A DNA stretch of 64,000 nt, from assembly GCA_963833125.1 (NCBI GenBank), contig CAWHWX010000019.1, positions 32,001 to 96,000 on the forward strand, in the 5' to 3' direction. Source of the DNA: Candidatus Bathyarchaeota archaeon (GTDB lineage: Archaea; Thermoproteota; Bathyarchaeia; 40CM-2-53-6). Within the stretch, counting starts at the first letter, position 1. The number at the start of each line of letters is the position of its first letter. The notes beneath the pieces are model-generated. The model worked only from the letters and a program-made list of their open reading frames with translations, did no database searches and was not told where the DNA came from. A program made the translations under genes and the position numbers. Shown here piece after piece: positions 19,710-31,503 of this stretch.

Positions 19710-21308
19710 ATGGCCCAAAAAGTATTCCTGCGGGACGCTACTGGCCTTGTCCGAGAGTTCGGTTTCCTTGACACCGTTTGGATTAACCTAGCCCTCGTCG
19801 GCGTCTTCTTCTCGTTAGTTTATGTTGCATCAACCGCCCCATTGATCGGAGGCGACCCCCTTAGCGGCGGGTTGATCGCGCTCGTGGGAATGTTCTTCGT
19901 AGGCCTAGCATTCTCAATCGTCTCCATTCTCACACCACGTACAGCTGGTGACTACGTTTTCACAAGCCGATATTTCCACCCAGCTATCGGTTTCGTGGGG
20001 AATGCCGGGTATTTCGTCGCAACCGTTCCCCTCTTTATGGGAATCACGATTACGACGTTGGAGTCATTTGGATTAAGTGCATTGTTCGCTTATCTTGGAT
20101 TCGCCACGAATAACCCAGGATACCTGAGTCTTGCAACCACTCTAGGGCAACCATTTTACACTCTTGTCGTTGGCGGCGGGCTAACCGTCCTCGCTGGGCT
20201 TCTGCCCTTATTCGGATACCGCTTTTTCAAAGTTCTAGGAAAAATCATCGTACCGCTAATTCTCATCGCAGTCGCCGTAATGTTCATCGTGCTCGGTACG
20301 ACTCCGCAGGCAGTTGCGTTGAGTCGGCTCAACACATTTTCGGGAAACGCTACGCTAGTCCAGTCGGTTAACAGTTGGGGGGCCTCAAATAATAGTCCCG
20401 CGCCTGCCGCAAGCTGGGGCAATACACTGGCGCTTAACGCCGTGTACGTAGTCGGGTTTTCTTACATTATCTCCGCAATTTACGTTGCAGGTGAAGTTCG
20501 CCAAGTCAAGAAGACGATGCCTCTCGCAATAATTACAACTCTGATCATAACTTTCATCATCTTTGCTGGCGCCACCATTCTTAGCTATCAAGCATTCGGC
20601 TACAATTTTCTATCCAACCTTTACGACCTCTCGATAAACTTTGTAGCCCCACCGTTCCCAGTCATTCCTTACCTTGATTTCCTGGCAGCCGCTATTAGCA
20701 ACAATATTTGGCTCGGAAGTTTCATAATTATTGTAGCAACCATCCAGCTCTGGTGGTATCAAGTAAACGCTGTCTTCATCGGTGGCAGGCTCTTCCTCTC
20801 ATATTCTATGGACCGCATCTTGCCTGCAGAATTTGGTGAAGTGAGTTCTAGGTTCCACGCCCCAATCAAACCAATGATCGCGTCGTTAATCATCGGCTTA
20901 TTTGCGGGAGTTCTCTTCGTTCTACCCACGACAGCTGGTATCGCATTTCTCATGTCCGGAGCAGCCGTAGCGATCATACTTCTCTTCCCGATACTTGTCG
21001 TCGGGCTTGCTCTTCTTGTCTACAGGTTTAGGAGAGCTGCCGATTACAAAGCCTCTCCGATTGCAAAATCTTACCTCGGCGGCCCAGTGTATCTGTTAAC
21101 TGCGGTAGTTGTGGTCATTTACTCAATCTACACATTCTACCAGTACATCAGTGTCCCAGCTATCTTCGGGTTTGCAGGTAACCTTGGCTTAGAAGTCATA
21201 TTCGTCCCGATCATCTTACTTTTCGTAATCTACTACGCCTCGTACTTCATCAACAAGAGTAGAGGAGTCGATTTCGCGAACATCTTCCGCCAAATACCAC
21301 CGGAATAA
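19710..21308 (+). CDS. APC-family amino acid/polyamine permease
   Basis: FLRDATGLVREF N-terminus, PRTAGDYVF, YVAGEV, about 12 TM helices. Confidence 0.9.
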   Translation: MAQKVFLRDATGLVREFGFLDTVWINLALVGVFFSLVYVASTAPLIGGDPLSGGLIALVGMFFVGLAFSIVSILTPRTAGDYVFTSRYFHPAIGFVGNAGYFVATVPLFMGITITTLESFGLSALFAYLGFATNNPGYLSLATTLGQPFYTLVVGGGLTVLAGLLPLFGYRFFKVLGKIIVPLILIAVAVMFIVLGTTPQAVALSRLNTFSGNATLVQSVNSWGASNNSPAPAASWGNTLALNAVYVVGFSYIISAIYVAGEVRQVKKTMPLAIITTLIITFIIFAGATILSYQAFGYNFLSNLYDLSINFVAPPFPVIPYLDFLAAAISNNIWLGSFIIIVATIQLWWYQVNAVFIGGRLFLSYSMDRILPAEFGEVSSRFHAPIKPMIASLIIGLFAGVLFVLPTTAGIAFLMSGAAVAIILLFPILVVGLALLVYRFRRAADYKASPIAKSYLGGPVYLLTAVVVVIYSIYTFYQYISVPAIFGFAGNLGLEVIFVPIILLFVIYYASYFINKSRGVDFANIFRQIPPE

Positions 21309-21398
21309 ACCCCTCTAACCATTCAATCCCGCCAACCACATCGTCAGGCCGGCGTACGACCTAGCCTGTCAATTCGATCTTCTTCAACCGGTTTGAAG

Positions 21399-22219
21399 TC
21401 ATACGGAAACGGTTGATCGCTTCTCAGCGAGAGCTGAATAGAGCCTTGGGGCCCTATCTCGGAAGTAGGGTAGCTTAGTTCTCCTAAGATTCTTGAGGCT
21501 GGGAAGATCCAGCTCTGCCTGGACCAGACCCTCTGATTCACTCATCCTTGCAAGAGGCTGACAGGTCGGAGAGACGATCTGGCTCTGGCCGAAGAACACG
21601 AGCTTGCCCTCGCGTCCTACCCGGTTGGAATGGCAAGCAAAAACGGAGTTTTCTCCAGCGCGACTTCTAACATATGTGTCAACCATCACTTGCATGGGCT
21701 TCATCTGCGCGGAAGAATAGAAGAGGATATCCGCGCCCCCCAGCGCCATTATCCGTGCCGGCTCAGGAAACTCTAGGTCATAGCAAATTCCAAGACCTAT
21801 CCTACCAAACCTCGTCCGGAAGACCGGGAACGAATTTCCGGGCGTGAAGTACTTTTGCTCGTTGGCCCACAAGTGGACTTTTCTATAAACGCCGGCAACA
21901 TCGCCTTGCGGGTCGATAAGGACTGAGGAGTCGTAAATCCTATCGCTCATTGAGTCGAGTTCGTCAATTCCGCAGATTAAGTAGAAGCCATGCTCGCTCG
22001 CCATGCGCCCGAGCGCATCGGACGACGGTCCCGGGATCGTCTCCGCAAGTTTTCGCCACGAGCGGTTCAGTGCGTAACCTGTGGTGGCAAGCTCCGGAAA
22101 GCAAACCAGATCCGCTTCGCGCCGCCGGCGCGGTTTGCGAGAGATTTGATTTTGTTGAGATTGCGTTTGACGTTGCCTAACGTACAATTCATTTGCGCCA
22201 CGGCGACGGTAGGGTTCAT
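21399..22219 (-). CDS. Carbon-nitrogen hydrolase (nitrilase superfamily), N-terminal frameshift
   Basis: FPELATTGY, YRKVHL, GICYDLEFPE catalytic E-K-C; true N-terminus MNPTVAVAQM in another frame. Confidence 0.85.
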
Positions 22220-22255
22220 GAAATTTGCCCACGTGGATGATGATTTATTGGGGAA

Positions 22256-23196
22256 TTATTGTTTAGCTTTCGCGACGACGGATGAAAGTTCGTACAACAG
22301 GTTGGAGCCCAAGAGTGCAGTTACCTCAGCGTTGTCGTAAGGAGGAGAGATTTCTACCACATCAAATCCAATCAGGTTGATGCCGACAAGGCCCCGGACC
22401 AAGTCGAGGATCTCTCGGCTTGTGAAGCCACCAACTTCGGGTGTGCCGGTACCTGGGGCGAACGCTGGATCCACACCGTCTATGTCCAACGAAACATAGG
22501 AAACGCCACGTGCTAGTGCTTTGGTTCGCTTCAGGGTCTCTTCAACGCCGAGCCGGGTAAACTCCTTCATCGTTATGACCGAGAATCCCATCTTGCTCAA
22601 GTCAGTCAAATCTGAACTCTCATACACTGAGCCTCTTAATCCGATGTGGGCTGATCGTGCCGGATCGATCAGCTTCTCCTCTAACGCTCGCTTGAATGTC
22701 GTTCCGTGATTGTATTTTCGCCCAAAGTAACTGTCCCAGCAATCAGAGTGTGCGTCAAAGTGAATCAGCGACAGCCCTGGGCCGTGGACTTTGGCAGCTG
22801 CACGAAGGATTGCGGAGTGTTATCGAATGGTCGCCGCCGCAGACAGCTGGAATAACTCCTCCTGCGAAGAGCGTTCCTGTGGTATGTTCAATTTTCTCGA
22901 ATGTATCTTCGATATAGCCCGGTACGACGTTCACGTCTCCGAAATCTACCATGCCGAGAACCTGAAACGGCTTGATGTCCAAAACCGGATTGTAGGGACG
23001 CAACAACCGGGACGCCTCCCGCACGGCTCTTGGACCAAACCGGACCAGGTCGAAAAGTTGTCCCATCGTCGAAGGGTATTCCAAGGAAGGCTGCTTTCAC
23101 TCCATCCAGCAACTGTGTTGTTGGAAGGCGTGCGAAGGTAGTTACCTGAGAGAACCTCGGCGACTTAAGGGAGTCAATCTGTTCGCCCGGTTTCAA
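22256..23196 (-). CDS. speB: Agmatinase/ureohydrolase (several frameshifts)
   Basis: GIPFDDGTTFRPG, GGDHSIT, HFDAHSD, SLDIDGVDPAFAPGTGTPEVGG. Confidence 0.85.
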
Positions 23197-23446
23197 GGCA
23201 ATCGCCCTGCCCGGTTAAGCGGGAATTGCGCTTATGATTTTCGGTCCGATCAAACCCATCATGTAGAGGGTTTACGGGTCGTTCAATAGAAATCGGGGGC
23301 CTGATTCACAACGAGGGGAGAGTTTTGCTTATTCGAGTGACGGGGAGGTTCTAAGCGTTGACCAATGGACGTATCATCCATCTTCCTTTTATGCCAGTAA
23401 TCTCCGAGCGCCTTCTACGAATGGAGCGACTTCGTCAAGTAAGGAA

Positions 23447-24250
23447 TTGCGGTTGAACAATCGATCGAGGATACTCTTAGGCCTACTATTGGTTACAGTG
23501 TGCTTCATGGCGTTGAGTACGCTGGTCCAGTTTGGTAGGGCCCAAACTATCACTACCACTACTACAACTGAGACAGATACCAGTGTCGAAACGAGCATAG
23601 TCACGATTCCGGTAACAACAATCATACCTGTGACTTCGACGACCGTTGAAACCCAGACAGCGGAGAGCACAGCTACTACCGTCGAGACGACGGTTGTGAC
23701 GACTCTTGTGACCAACACGGCGGGCACCGTGACAGCGACGGTAACGAACACAGCAACTGACACGACAACCGTTCCCTCGACTACGACAATAACGAGTATT
23801 GTACTCGCAGTCGACGGGACTCAAACTGCAACCACCACCGTAACGTATCCGGTCTATCAGACCTACACGACGTATTACACGAGCCACTATCACAACGATT
23901 ATTCTAACTACTATTCTAACAATTGTTATACGAGCTATTACGCTTACAACTGTTATTCAAACTACTACAACCCTCCATACAATCCTCCCTATCAAAATCC
24001 GCCTTATCAGCCCCCTTACGCCGTTACAGTTCAAGTTACCCAAACAAACTATGTAGCGCAACCTCTTCAGACGTGGCAAACGCAGTTCTTGACTCAGACC
24101 CAGTATGTGACAGGGTATGTCACTTCGACCGTGAACCAGTTAGAAACACAACCGGTCACTGATCCGATCGCGGTTGTAGGCCTCATAGCTGTCGGCGTAG
24201 TGGCTGCGCTTGTAGCGGTTCTGGCCAGCCGGGTATTCAAGAGACCCTAG
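23447..24250 (+). CDS. Thr-rich, Tyr/Asn/Pro-rich membrane-anchored surface protein
   Basis: Signal peptide, Thr/Val stalk, YSNYY/NPPY repeats, C-terminal TM with basic tail. Confidence 0.75.
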   Translation: MRLNNRSRILLGLLLVTVCFMALSTLVQFGRAQTITTTTTTETDTSVETSIVTIPVTTIIPVTSTTVETQTAESTATTVETTVVTTLVTNTAGTVTATVTNTATDTTTVPSTTTITSIVLAVDGTQTATTTVTYPVYQTYTTYYTSHYHNDYSNYYSNNCYTSYYAYNCYSNYYNPPYNPPYQNPPYQPPYAVTVQVTQTNYVAQPLQTWQTQFLTQTQYVTGYVTSTVNQLETQPVTDPIAVVGLIAVGVVAALVAVLASRVFKRP

Positions 24251-24318
24251 CCAGTTACACGTACAATTTGTTCCTGGCCGTCTAGAAGACTACGTGGCTC
24301 ATTTGATTTCTTGAGAAA

Positions 24319-24960
24319 TCAATAGGCGCGCGGGACCTGATAATAGCCAGTTGGCCTTCGTGAATATACGATAAGTCCAACTGTGACAATAATGACCGTC
24401 GCCAGTATGGCAGCGATTGCAACATAGGCGAAGATGAAGCCACGCCGGCCGTATGTTCCCTGTGTTCCGGGGGCGAATTGATCGGACGGTGGTTGGGTGA
24501 GTGTTGTCGTAATCACTTCTACTGTTCCGCTGTTTACTTGGAAGGCTTCGCCAGCGGTGGTTAGCTGGTTGTTGGCTTGGTTGCTGAAGATTGTTACGGC
24601 GATTTGTACCCAATGACCTTGGATTGAAGCTGGTAAGTTGAAACCTAATTGTCCTGTGAACGTGTATCCTCCATTGACGGATGTGAGGATCGTATTCACT
24701 GAATCGGCGGCAGTATTCGTGTTCAGGTCATAGGCGTTAGCGCTGGCGTAGAGTTGGTTGCCGTAGGGAGTTGAGCAGGTTGCAGAGAGGGGCACGATAA
24801 CGGTTACGATTGTGTTAGCGTAAACCGAAGGTATGATCGGATATCCCAGCTGCGCCGAACATGTATCGGCGTAAACAAAACTGGATCCGACCATTGCAAC
24901 TGCTAACGAGAGCGTTAGAAACGTTAGCAAATATCCACGCATATTCACAGAGATCCGCAC
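24319..24960 (-). CDS. Secreted/membrane-anchored hypothetical protein
   Basis: Signal peptide, beta-rich S/T/N domain, C-terminal TM. Confidence 0.7.
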   Translation of the reverse strand: MRISVNMRGYLLTFLTLSLAVAMVGSSFVYADTCSAQLGYPIIPSVYANTIVTVIVPLSATCSTPYGNQLYASANAYDLNTNTAADSVNTILTSVNGGYTFTGQLGFNLPASIQGHWVQIAVTIFSNQANNQLTTAGEAFQVNSGTVEVITTTLTQPPSDQFAPGTQGTYGRRGFIFAYVAIAAILATVIIVTVGLIVYSRRPTGYYQVPRAY

Positions 24961-25174
24961 GCAATACCTTAGCGGACATATTCGGCGTAGGGCCCGTTAT
25001 TAACAGATTGAATGATTCGTCTATTTAAGAAGACCAAACTACGCGTCGTACACTTGGAGTTTTCACACGTTCACCCATGGTGTACGGAGAATTCTACTTC
25101 CCAGTCGAAGTTTCTACCGGGTGTAAATAGACTTAACAACCCTTCTCGGAAACGAGACGGTAGGCGATTAAATA

Positions 25175-25936
25175 TTGAGTGAAAACGATCAGCCGAACGA
25201 GTCCAATCCAAAACAATCCAAGCAACCCAACCAACAAAATCAACCTGGGCAAACAACTAAGGGAGGACGTAGTTCCGCCGGGACTGCAGGCATCATCGGT
25301 CTAGTGTTAGTTGCAATCCTGGCCTTAGGATTTGCAGGATACACAGCGATGAACCCGCACGTAAACACTGTAACCCAACAGCAATTCCTTACGAACACCC
25401 AGAGCGTTTACAGCACCCAAATCCAAACCGTAACCAGCGTAATGCAAGTCACCCAAGCAGTTACGGTCACAAACGCTGCGACTTCCCCAAACGGTCAAGG
25501 GGTAAGTTCAGGGTACTACCAGTACTGCTCGTCGTATGGATGCATGTACTCTCCAGGGCCAGGCTACAACACCTATAACCCGAATAATCCGCCTAACCCG
25601 TGGTACCCGGGCTACTACAACGGCGCGTACTACGGTTACTGGAATGGCAACTTCGTTCCACCATGCCAGGCTGGTGGTTCCAATAATACGGTCACGTGCT
25701 CTGGATATCTATTCCAAGCACAGAACGGATGCACGGTGCTAGTGATCCCCGTAGCCAACGCCTACTACGCGGAAAGTTACACCTACCAGTACTATACTCT
25801 GCACAATCTGCCATCAAGTGCTCCAAGCAACGGGTCATGGATCAGCGTGACCGGCCAGCTATACCAAGGCTCCAACACGAGTTCCAGCGGCGCCTCATGT
25901 CCGGGTAATTACATCAACGTCAGCTCAATTTCCTAG
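25175..25936 (+). CDS. Membrane-anchored Tyr/Cys-rich surface protein
   Basis: N-terminal TM, Thr-rich linker, Y/G/N/P-rich block, Cys-containing C-terminal domain. Confidence 0.7.
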   Translation: MSENDQPNESNPKQSKQPNQQNQPGQTTKGGRSSAGTAGIIGLVLVAILALGFAGYTAMNPHVNTVTQQQFLTNTQSVYSTQIQTVTSVMQVTQAVTVTNAATSPNGQGVSSGYYQYCSSYGCMYSPGPGYNTYNPNNPPNPWYPGYYNGAYYGYWNGNFVPPCQAGGSNNTVTCSGYLFQAQNGCTVLVIPVANAYYAESYTYQYYTLHNLPSSAPSNGSWISVTGQLYQGSNTSSSGASCPGNYINVSSIS

Positions 25937-26022
25937 ACAAAACGCGAAAGTCCCAACCTGTTCTCAGGGGTTGTAAGACCCTTGAACAGTTCTTTTTCCT
26001 TCTTCCATGAGAATGGGTTCAT

Positions 26023-26805
26023 CTAAAGTAGCCTGACTAAGAACCACGCAGCTATGATTAGTCCCACGGCAATTATGAACACCTGAAGGTAGCTCTGCTC
26101 GATGTGCTTAGCTGAACGCGCACCCACAAAGCCGCCAATTATCGCACCGGCAGCCATGAGGAGGGCGAGCGGCCAAACAACCAACCCCTTCAACGCAAAG
26201 AAGACGAATGCTGTTACATTAGTAATGGCCGCAAGAGTTGTCTTCATTGCGTTCATCACATGAACGTCGCGCAGCCCCATCACGCTAAGTGAACCTAACA
26301 TCAGTATTCCGATTCCGGCCCCGAAATACCCGCCGTAAACTGCTACGAAAAATTGGAAGAAGAATCCCCAAACTCTGCCCGACCTTGTAACGGTATCCTC
26401 AGTGGTCTTCATTGCTAATTTTCGTGAAATGAAATTGCGGGCGGCGAACAGAAATGTGGCGAATAAAATGAGGAATGGAACGACCAGTTTGAAAAGACTT
26501 TCAGGCGTGACCACTAAGACTACTGCACCCAGGAGACCGCCGATGAAGCTGGGGACGATCAAAAGAGTGAGCAGAGTTCGGTTTACGTGTGTAAACTTTC
26601 TATAACCTATCGCACTGCTCAGCGAGCCCGGCCAGAGGGCAGCAGTACTCGTGGCATTGGAGATAATCTCAGGTTCCCCGAACGCGACGAGAGAAGGAAA
26701 TGAGATTAAAGTGCCTCCGCCAGCCACAGAGTTAATCGCTCCAGCTACCAGCGCCGAAAGAAACAGGCCGGCTAACCCGAATATGTCGATCATAGAGTGA
26801 CCCAC
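26023..26805 (-). CDS. TauE/SafE (sulfite exporter) family membrane protein
   Basis: AGAINSVAGGGTLISFP, YGGYFGAGIGI. Confidence 0.9.
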   Translation of the reverse strand: MGHSMIDIFGLAGLFLSALVAGAINSVAGGGTLISFPSLVAFGEPEIISNATSTAALWPGSLSSAIGYRKFTHVNRTLLTLLIVPSFIGGLLGAVVLVVTPESLFKLVVPFLILFATFLFAARNFISRKLAMKTTEDTVTRSGRVWGFFFQFFVAVYGGYFGAGIGILMLGSLSVMGLRDVHVMNAMKTTLAAITNVTAFVFFALKGLVVWPLALLMAAGAIIGGFVGARSAKHIEQSYLQVFIIAVGLIIAAWFLVRLL

Positions 26806-26916
26806 TCAAGAATGCAAATAAGTTTGACAGGTGGGTATCTGTCCTAGAACTTACCTTTCTTATCATGACTAGCATGCCGAGAAACTAATTTAGACCAGTA
26901 TCACTGAAGCGCTCAC

Positions 26917-27738
26917 GTGCGAGCGAATAATAGGACTGGATGTGTGACTTTCGATCTTTGGGAGACGCTAATTTTCGATGAACCGGACCGAGACGAGGCC
27001 CGAGGACGAGAGAGATACGAAGGTCTTCAACGTGAACTCGCGAATCGCGGAATTGATTTACCTATGGAGGGATTCAAGCGAGGGTACGACGAGAGTGCAA
27101 CTAAACTGCAAGATGTCTGGATACGAAACGAAGAGGTACCGATTCCAGACCAGATCCGCATGATAATCGAATTAGCCGCAGGACAGCCAGTTAATGTGAA
27201 TTCTGAATGGATGCCGCTTCTCGAGAAAGCGTATGTTGACCCAATTCTTGTGACTCCGCCAAAATTGAACGCTGAGGCACCAAGCGTTCTCGGTGAGCTG
27301 CGAAGCCGAGGTTACAAGATTGGGCTTATCAGCAATACGGGTCGAAGCCCAGGAGAAGCACTCCGCAAACTACTGCAAACTTATGGCGTCCTGAAATTCT
27401 TCGATGCTACTGTTTTCTCGAATGAGTTAAACTGGCGCAAGCCGGACCAAAGGATCTTCAATGAAGCCGCTAGGTTGCTAGGTACGTACCTGGGAAACAT
27501 CGTTCATGTTGGGGACGATCCCACAACTGACGTTGCAGGAGCTAAGCATGCGGGAATGCATGCAATTCTCTTAGACCAAGATACAGAGGATGTTTCGATG
27601 TGGAAGCCTGACTCATTATTCGCCTTAGCGAGGAAGGCTAGACGGTATGGCGATTCAAATGTGAAACCCGATTTTCGCATCAAGTCGTTAACTGAGTCGG
27701 TTGGCTTCATCGACTCATTGTTTATGAGAACAGGATAG
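26917..27738 (+). CDS. HAD-superfamily hydrolase
   Basis: FDLWETL, LISNTG, KPD, HVGDDPTTDVAGA. Confidence 0.9.
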   Translation: MRANNRTGCVTFDLWETLIFDEPDRDEARGRERYEGLQRELANRGIDLPMEGFKRGYDESATKLQDVWIRNEEVPIPDQIRMIIELAAGQPVNVNSEWMPLLEKAYVDPILVTPPKLNAEAPSVLGELRSRGYKIGLISNTGRSPGEALRKLLQTYGVLKFFDATVFSNELNWRKPDQRIFNEAARLLGTYLGNIVHVGDDPTTDVAGAKHAGMHAILLDQDTEDVSMWKPDSLFALARKARRYGDSNVKPDFRIKSLTESVGFIDSLFMRTG

Positions 27739-27751
27739 ATTTTCGATACTA

Positions 27752-28802
27752 TCAGTTGGAAAGAGTTTCGGGAGGTGAGGGGACTGCCGGGTAATTCGGC
27801 GGCCAAGTATGCGCGTTTCCAGCATCAAGTTCTTTGAGTGCTCCCTCAATTTCATTCCTCCTCGGCTCCAACCATGGCGCAAGCCGGGGATTCGTCGGCG
27901 CTATATCCGGGACCCTTGGTTGCGATTTCAAGAAGATTTCCATCCGGATCACGGAAGTATAGGGATTTGAACTAGAAGCGGTCAATTACGCTGGAGTTAT
28001 GAACGTTCAACGTATTCATTCGTCGAAGTATTCTCTGCTGGGCTGCCTCGTCCTCCACACACATCGCTATGTGATGTACACTGCCGATTCCCACCCCACC
28101 CAGCGGGGCCTTGGGGATGCGAGGTAGCGAAGAAAAATCAGGTCGATTCTCGTTATCAACGCCGATTATGGCTGTATCCTTCTGGTCTGGGTTAGGACGT
28201 TCGAAGGAACTCTGCAGGCCTAGCAATCGGTCGAGGATCCGAACTGTTCCCTCCGAGTTTAATGTTACGGGACTGACGTGATCAAATGAGATCAGCTTCA
28301 TGTCAGATCCGATATCTCGCCAGCAATTGGGGCTTCCCGGTTTAGTTCATGCATGTAGTCGGGAGTGACGTGTTCATCATTTGGTTTCTAATTTCAACCA
28401 TAACTCCATCCGGATCCTTCAGATAGAGGGAGATGCGCCTATCTCAATGAACGGGCCGGTAACAGACAACCTTGTGAAAGTAGTCACCAGGCCCTCCATT
28501 TCGGCAGCACCTCCAATGTCGCAACGGCGTAGGAGAGGTGATGTGGAGAAGTGAGGCCTGGAACGCCCTTCGGCAAGCCAGGCCATTCGAAGAATGTTAT
28601 CGCACTGCCCGTCTCAGCCCTATCGTTCGCGTAGAATAGATGCCTATGGAAAATGTCGTCTTGGTTTACAGTAAGCTTTACTCGTCGTAAGCCGAGAATC
28701 TTCGGTGTAGAACCTACGGTTGATTTCTTCGTTTGAGGTTACGAGGGTAATGTGGTGAAGACCTTGAACGACACCTTCGAGGTCAGATTGTATCGCCGTC
28801 AT
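27752..28802 (-). CDS. VOC/glyoxalase-family ring-cleaving dioxygenase-like protein (multiple frameshifts)
   Basis: VQGLHHITLVTSN, TVNQDD, GSVHHIA, VIDRF fragments in several frames. Confidence 0.7.
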
Positions 28803-29008
28803 TTCAGTTGCTTATAATTTGTTTCCAGACTAGTTACGGATAGCTTTGAAGGCTTCAACGGCGAGTCGTTTTCTATAAGTCCACTGCGCTCGTCACATGA
28901 AGATTGTAGGTTCGGAAATGCCGCCGTCCATCGAACTGTCTCTGTACTATTCGCGACGGGGCCAACGTAGATTTATGTTCCCATAGCAACGTATTCCGCC
29001 GACGAGTT

Positions 29009-29495
29009 TTGTCTGCAACTTCGGAACCGGAATTTCCACCTGGACCCTTCACGATCGGTGTGGGTGGCGTCATAATCGATGGCGACAAGGTCCTTCTGGT
29101 TAAGCTAACGTACGGTCATATGGGATGGATTCTTCCGGGCGGCTACGTGAAATCGACCGAGACCATAGGCCAGGCGGTTAAGCGGGAGGTGCGAGAAGAA
29201 ACGGGGCTTGACGTTGAACCCCTCAAACTGATATCAGTTAGGAGTAGGGCGGAGGGCGGAAAGTGTGACGTTTACATGCCATTTCTTGTGAGGGTTTTGG
29301 GTGGGAAAATGAAGCCGGATAAGGCGGAGATCTCAGATCTTAGATACTTCACATTAGAAGAGATGGAAGCAAGATCAGACGTACCAAAGCTCAACACCTG
29401 GATTGTCAGACAGCGCGTTGAAGCCAAATATGTCTGGATTCTCACTTTCAAACGACAGGCCGAACCCCTCACAGCCCTACGAACTATGGCTCTAA
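29009..29495 (+). CDS. NUDIX hydrolase (probable C-terminal frameshift)
   Basis: Nudix box GGYVKSTETIGQAVKREVREETGL. Confidence 0.9.
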
Positions 29496-29507
29496 CTCAA
29501 AGGAATC

Positions 29508-30480
29508 GTGGCTCGAATGAAGAAAATAGCCGTTGTTACAACCGGTGGAGATGCGCCGGGTATGAATGCTGCCATTAGAGGCGTTGTCCGTCTCGCCTGC
29601 TCACAGAAGTATCAAGTCCTAGGTTTCAGGAGAGGCTGGGAAGGCTTGATTACAAATACGTTCATCCAATTGACGCCGCGCACCGTTAGCGGAGTTCTGC
29701 AGTTAGGTGGAACAATGCTGTATACGTCCAGATCGTTGGAATTCCAGAAAGAAGAAGGGATCACGAAGGCAGCGGAAACTCTTGCGTCGAGTAACATCGA
29801 TGGACTCGTTGTGATCGGTGGGAACGGGTCTTTCAACGGCGCCCTTGAGCTTAGCGCACACACTGATGCAATGATCGTTGGAATCCCAGCCTCAATCGAC
29901 AACGACGTCTTTGGAACAGAGGAAACCATAGGTTTTGACACGGCCGCAAACACGGCAGTCGCCGAAATCGATAAGATCCGAGATACGGCGGTTTCCCTTG
30001 AGAGAGTTTTCATGATTGAAGTGATGGGGCGAAAAAGTGGTTTTCTCGCCGTTGGAGATCGGCCTCACTGTTGGCGCTGAGATAATTTTAGTTCCAGAAG
30101 TGAAATATCAAAACGAGAAACTTTTCGAGACCGTAAGAGAAAGCGTGGCCAAAGGAAAGAAGTCAGGTTTGATAGTGGCGGCGGAAGGAATAGGAGACAC
30201 TCGTCTTCTCACGGAAGAGATTCAGCGAAACACAAAGGCAGTTGTCAGATTGAGCATTATAGGCTATGCCCAAAGAGGCGGCAGTCCCACGGCGAGGAGC
30301 AGACTCTTGGCGAGCTTGTTCGCACATAAGGCGATCCAGCTATTGTCACAGGACGAAGGTAGCAGAGTAGTCGGATTGCAAGATGGCAAGATTGGAAGTA
30401 TCGAGCTTCAGAAATCTTGTAATACGCAGAAGGTTTTGGATCTAGATCTACTTAGACTGGCTAATCTACTTGCGACATGA
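29508..30480 (+). CDS. pfkA: ATP-dependent 6-phosphofructokinase, PfkA family (frameshift near 30045)
   Basis: TTGGDAPGMNAAIR, VIGGNGS, PASIDND, IEVMGR, GYAQRGGSPT. Confidence 0.9.
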
Positions 30481-30553
30481 AAACACTACAACGTCTGCGC
30501 GTGGGGATCATGATACGAAAGCGAAGCTATGTCAAGCATGGAGACAATGAACC

Positions 30554-31490
30554 TTGGATATGAGCGTCAAGCTGGTCCGAAGTTCCAAGAATCCCGTCAT
30601 TGAACCAAGACCCCAGATAGCATGGGAAGTCGGGGGCACCTTCAACCCCGGAGCCGCAAAAAACGGTGAGGTCATTCACATACTGTACAGGGCGGTCAAC
30701 GAACACAACATTTCATCGCTTGGCCACGCAACAACGGCAGATGGCGAAACGATCGTGGACCGATCTCCGGGACCTGTCCTCGCTCCGGTTGGCTCTTGGG
30801 AAGTACTGGGTTGTGAAGACCCGCGTATAACGGCATTCCATGGTGGGTTCTACGTTTTCTATACGGCGTACTCCCCGCGGGGTCCACGAGTCGCTCTGGC
30901 CTCGACTACTGATTTCATGAATTATGAACGCTACGGAGTAGTAGGACCGGATTACGACGACAAGGACGCCGCCCTCTTTCCTGAGCTCATTGGCGGAAAA
31001 TTCGCCGTCGTGCACAGAATAGCGCCAAACATCGAAGTGGCTTTTTTTCATAGTATAAAGCGGATGGAGAAGGTATCGCAGAACCCATACTCGAAGAACT
31101 ATCTCAAACGCATAGAAACAAACATTATCATGAAACCAAAGTGGAAATGGGAAGAACAGAAGGTTGGAATAGGCCCACCCCCGATCCGAACCAGCGTCGG
31201 ATGGGTAGTCATCTATCACGGTGTTGATTCCAATACTGTATATCGTGCAGGTGCAGCCCTCCTTGATCTTGAAAACCCGCGACGAGTGATCGCACGAATT
31301 TCCAGAACCCATCCTTGAACCGGAAGAAACCTTCGAAAAGGTCGGGGTGGTACCTAATGTTGTGTTCCCAGAAGGAGCAGTCTTGGTAAAGGATGAACTC
31401 AAGATACTCTACGGCGGAGCAGACAGAGTCTGTTGTGTCGCGAGCATGCCGATGAAATTGCTGATAGAAGCCTTAGAAAGCTGCAGTTAG
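30554..31490 (+). CDS. GH130-family glycosidase/beta-mannoside phosphorylase (frameshift near 31300)
   Basis: FNPGA, ILYRA, GCEDPRIT, DKDAALFPE, IYHGV, VPNVVFP, YGGAD. Confidence 0.85.
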
Positions 31491-31503
31491 GATTAGTCAC
31501 ACC

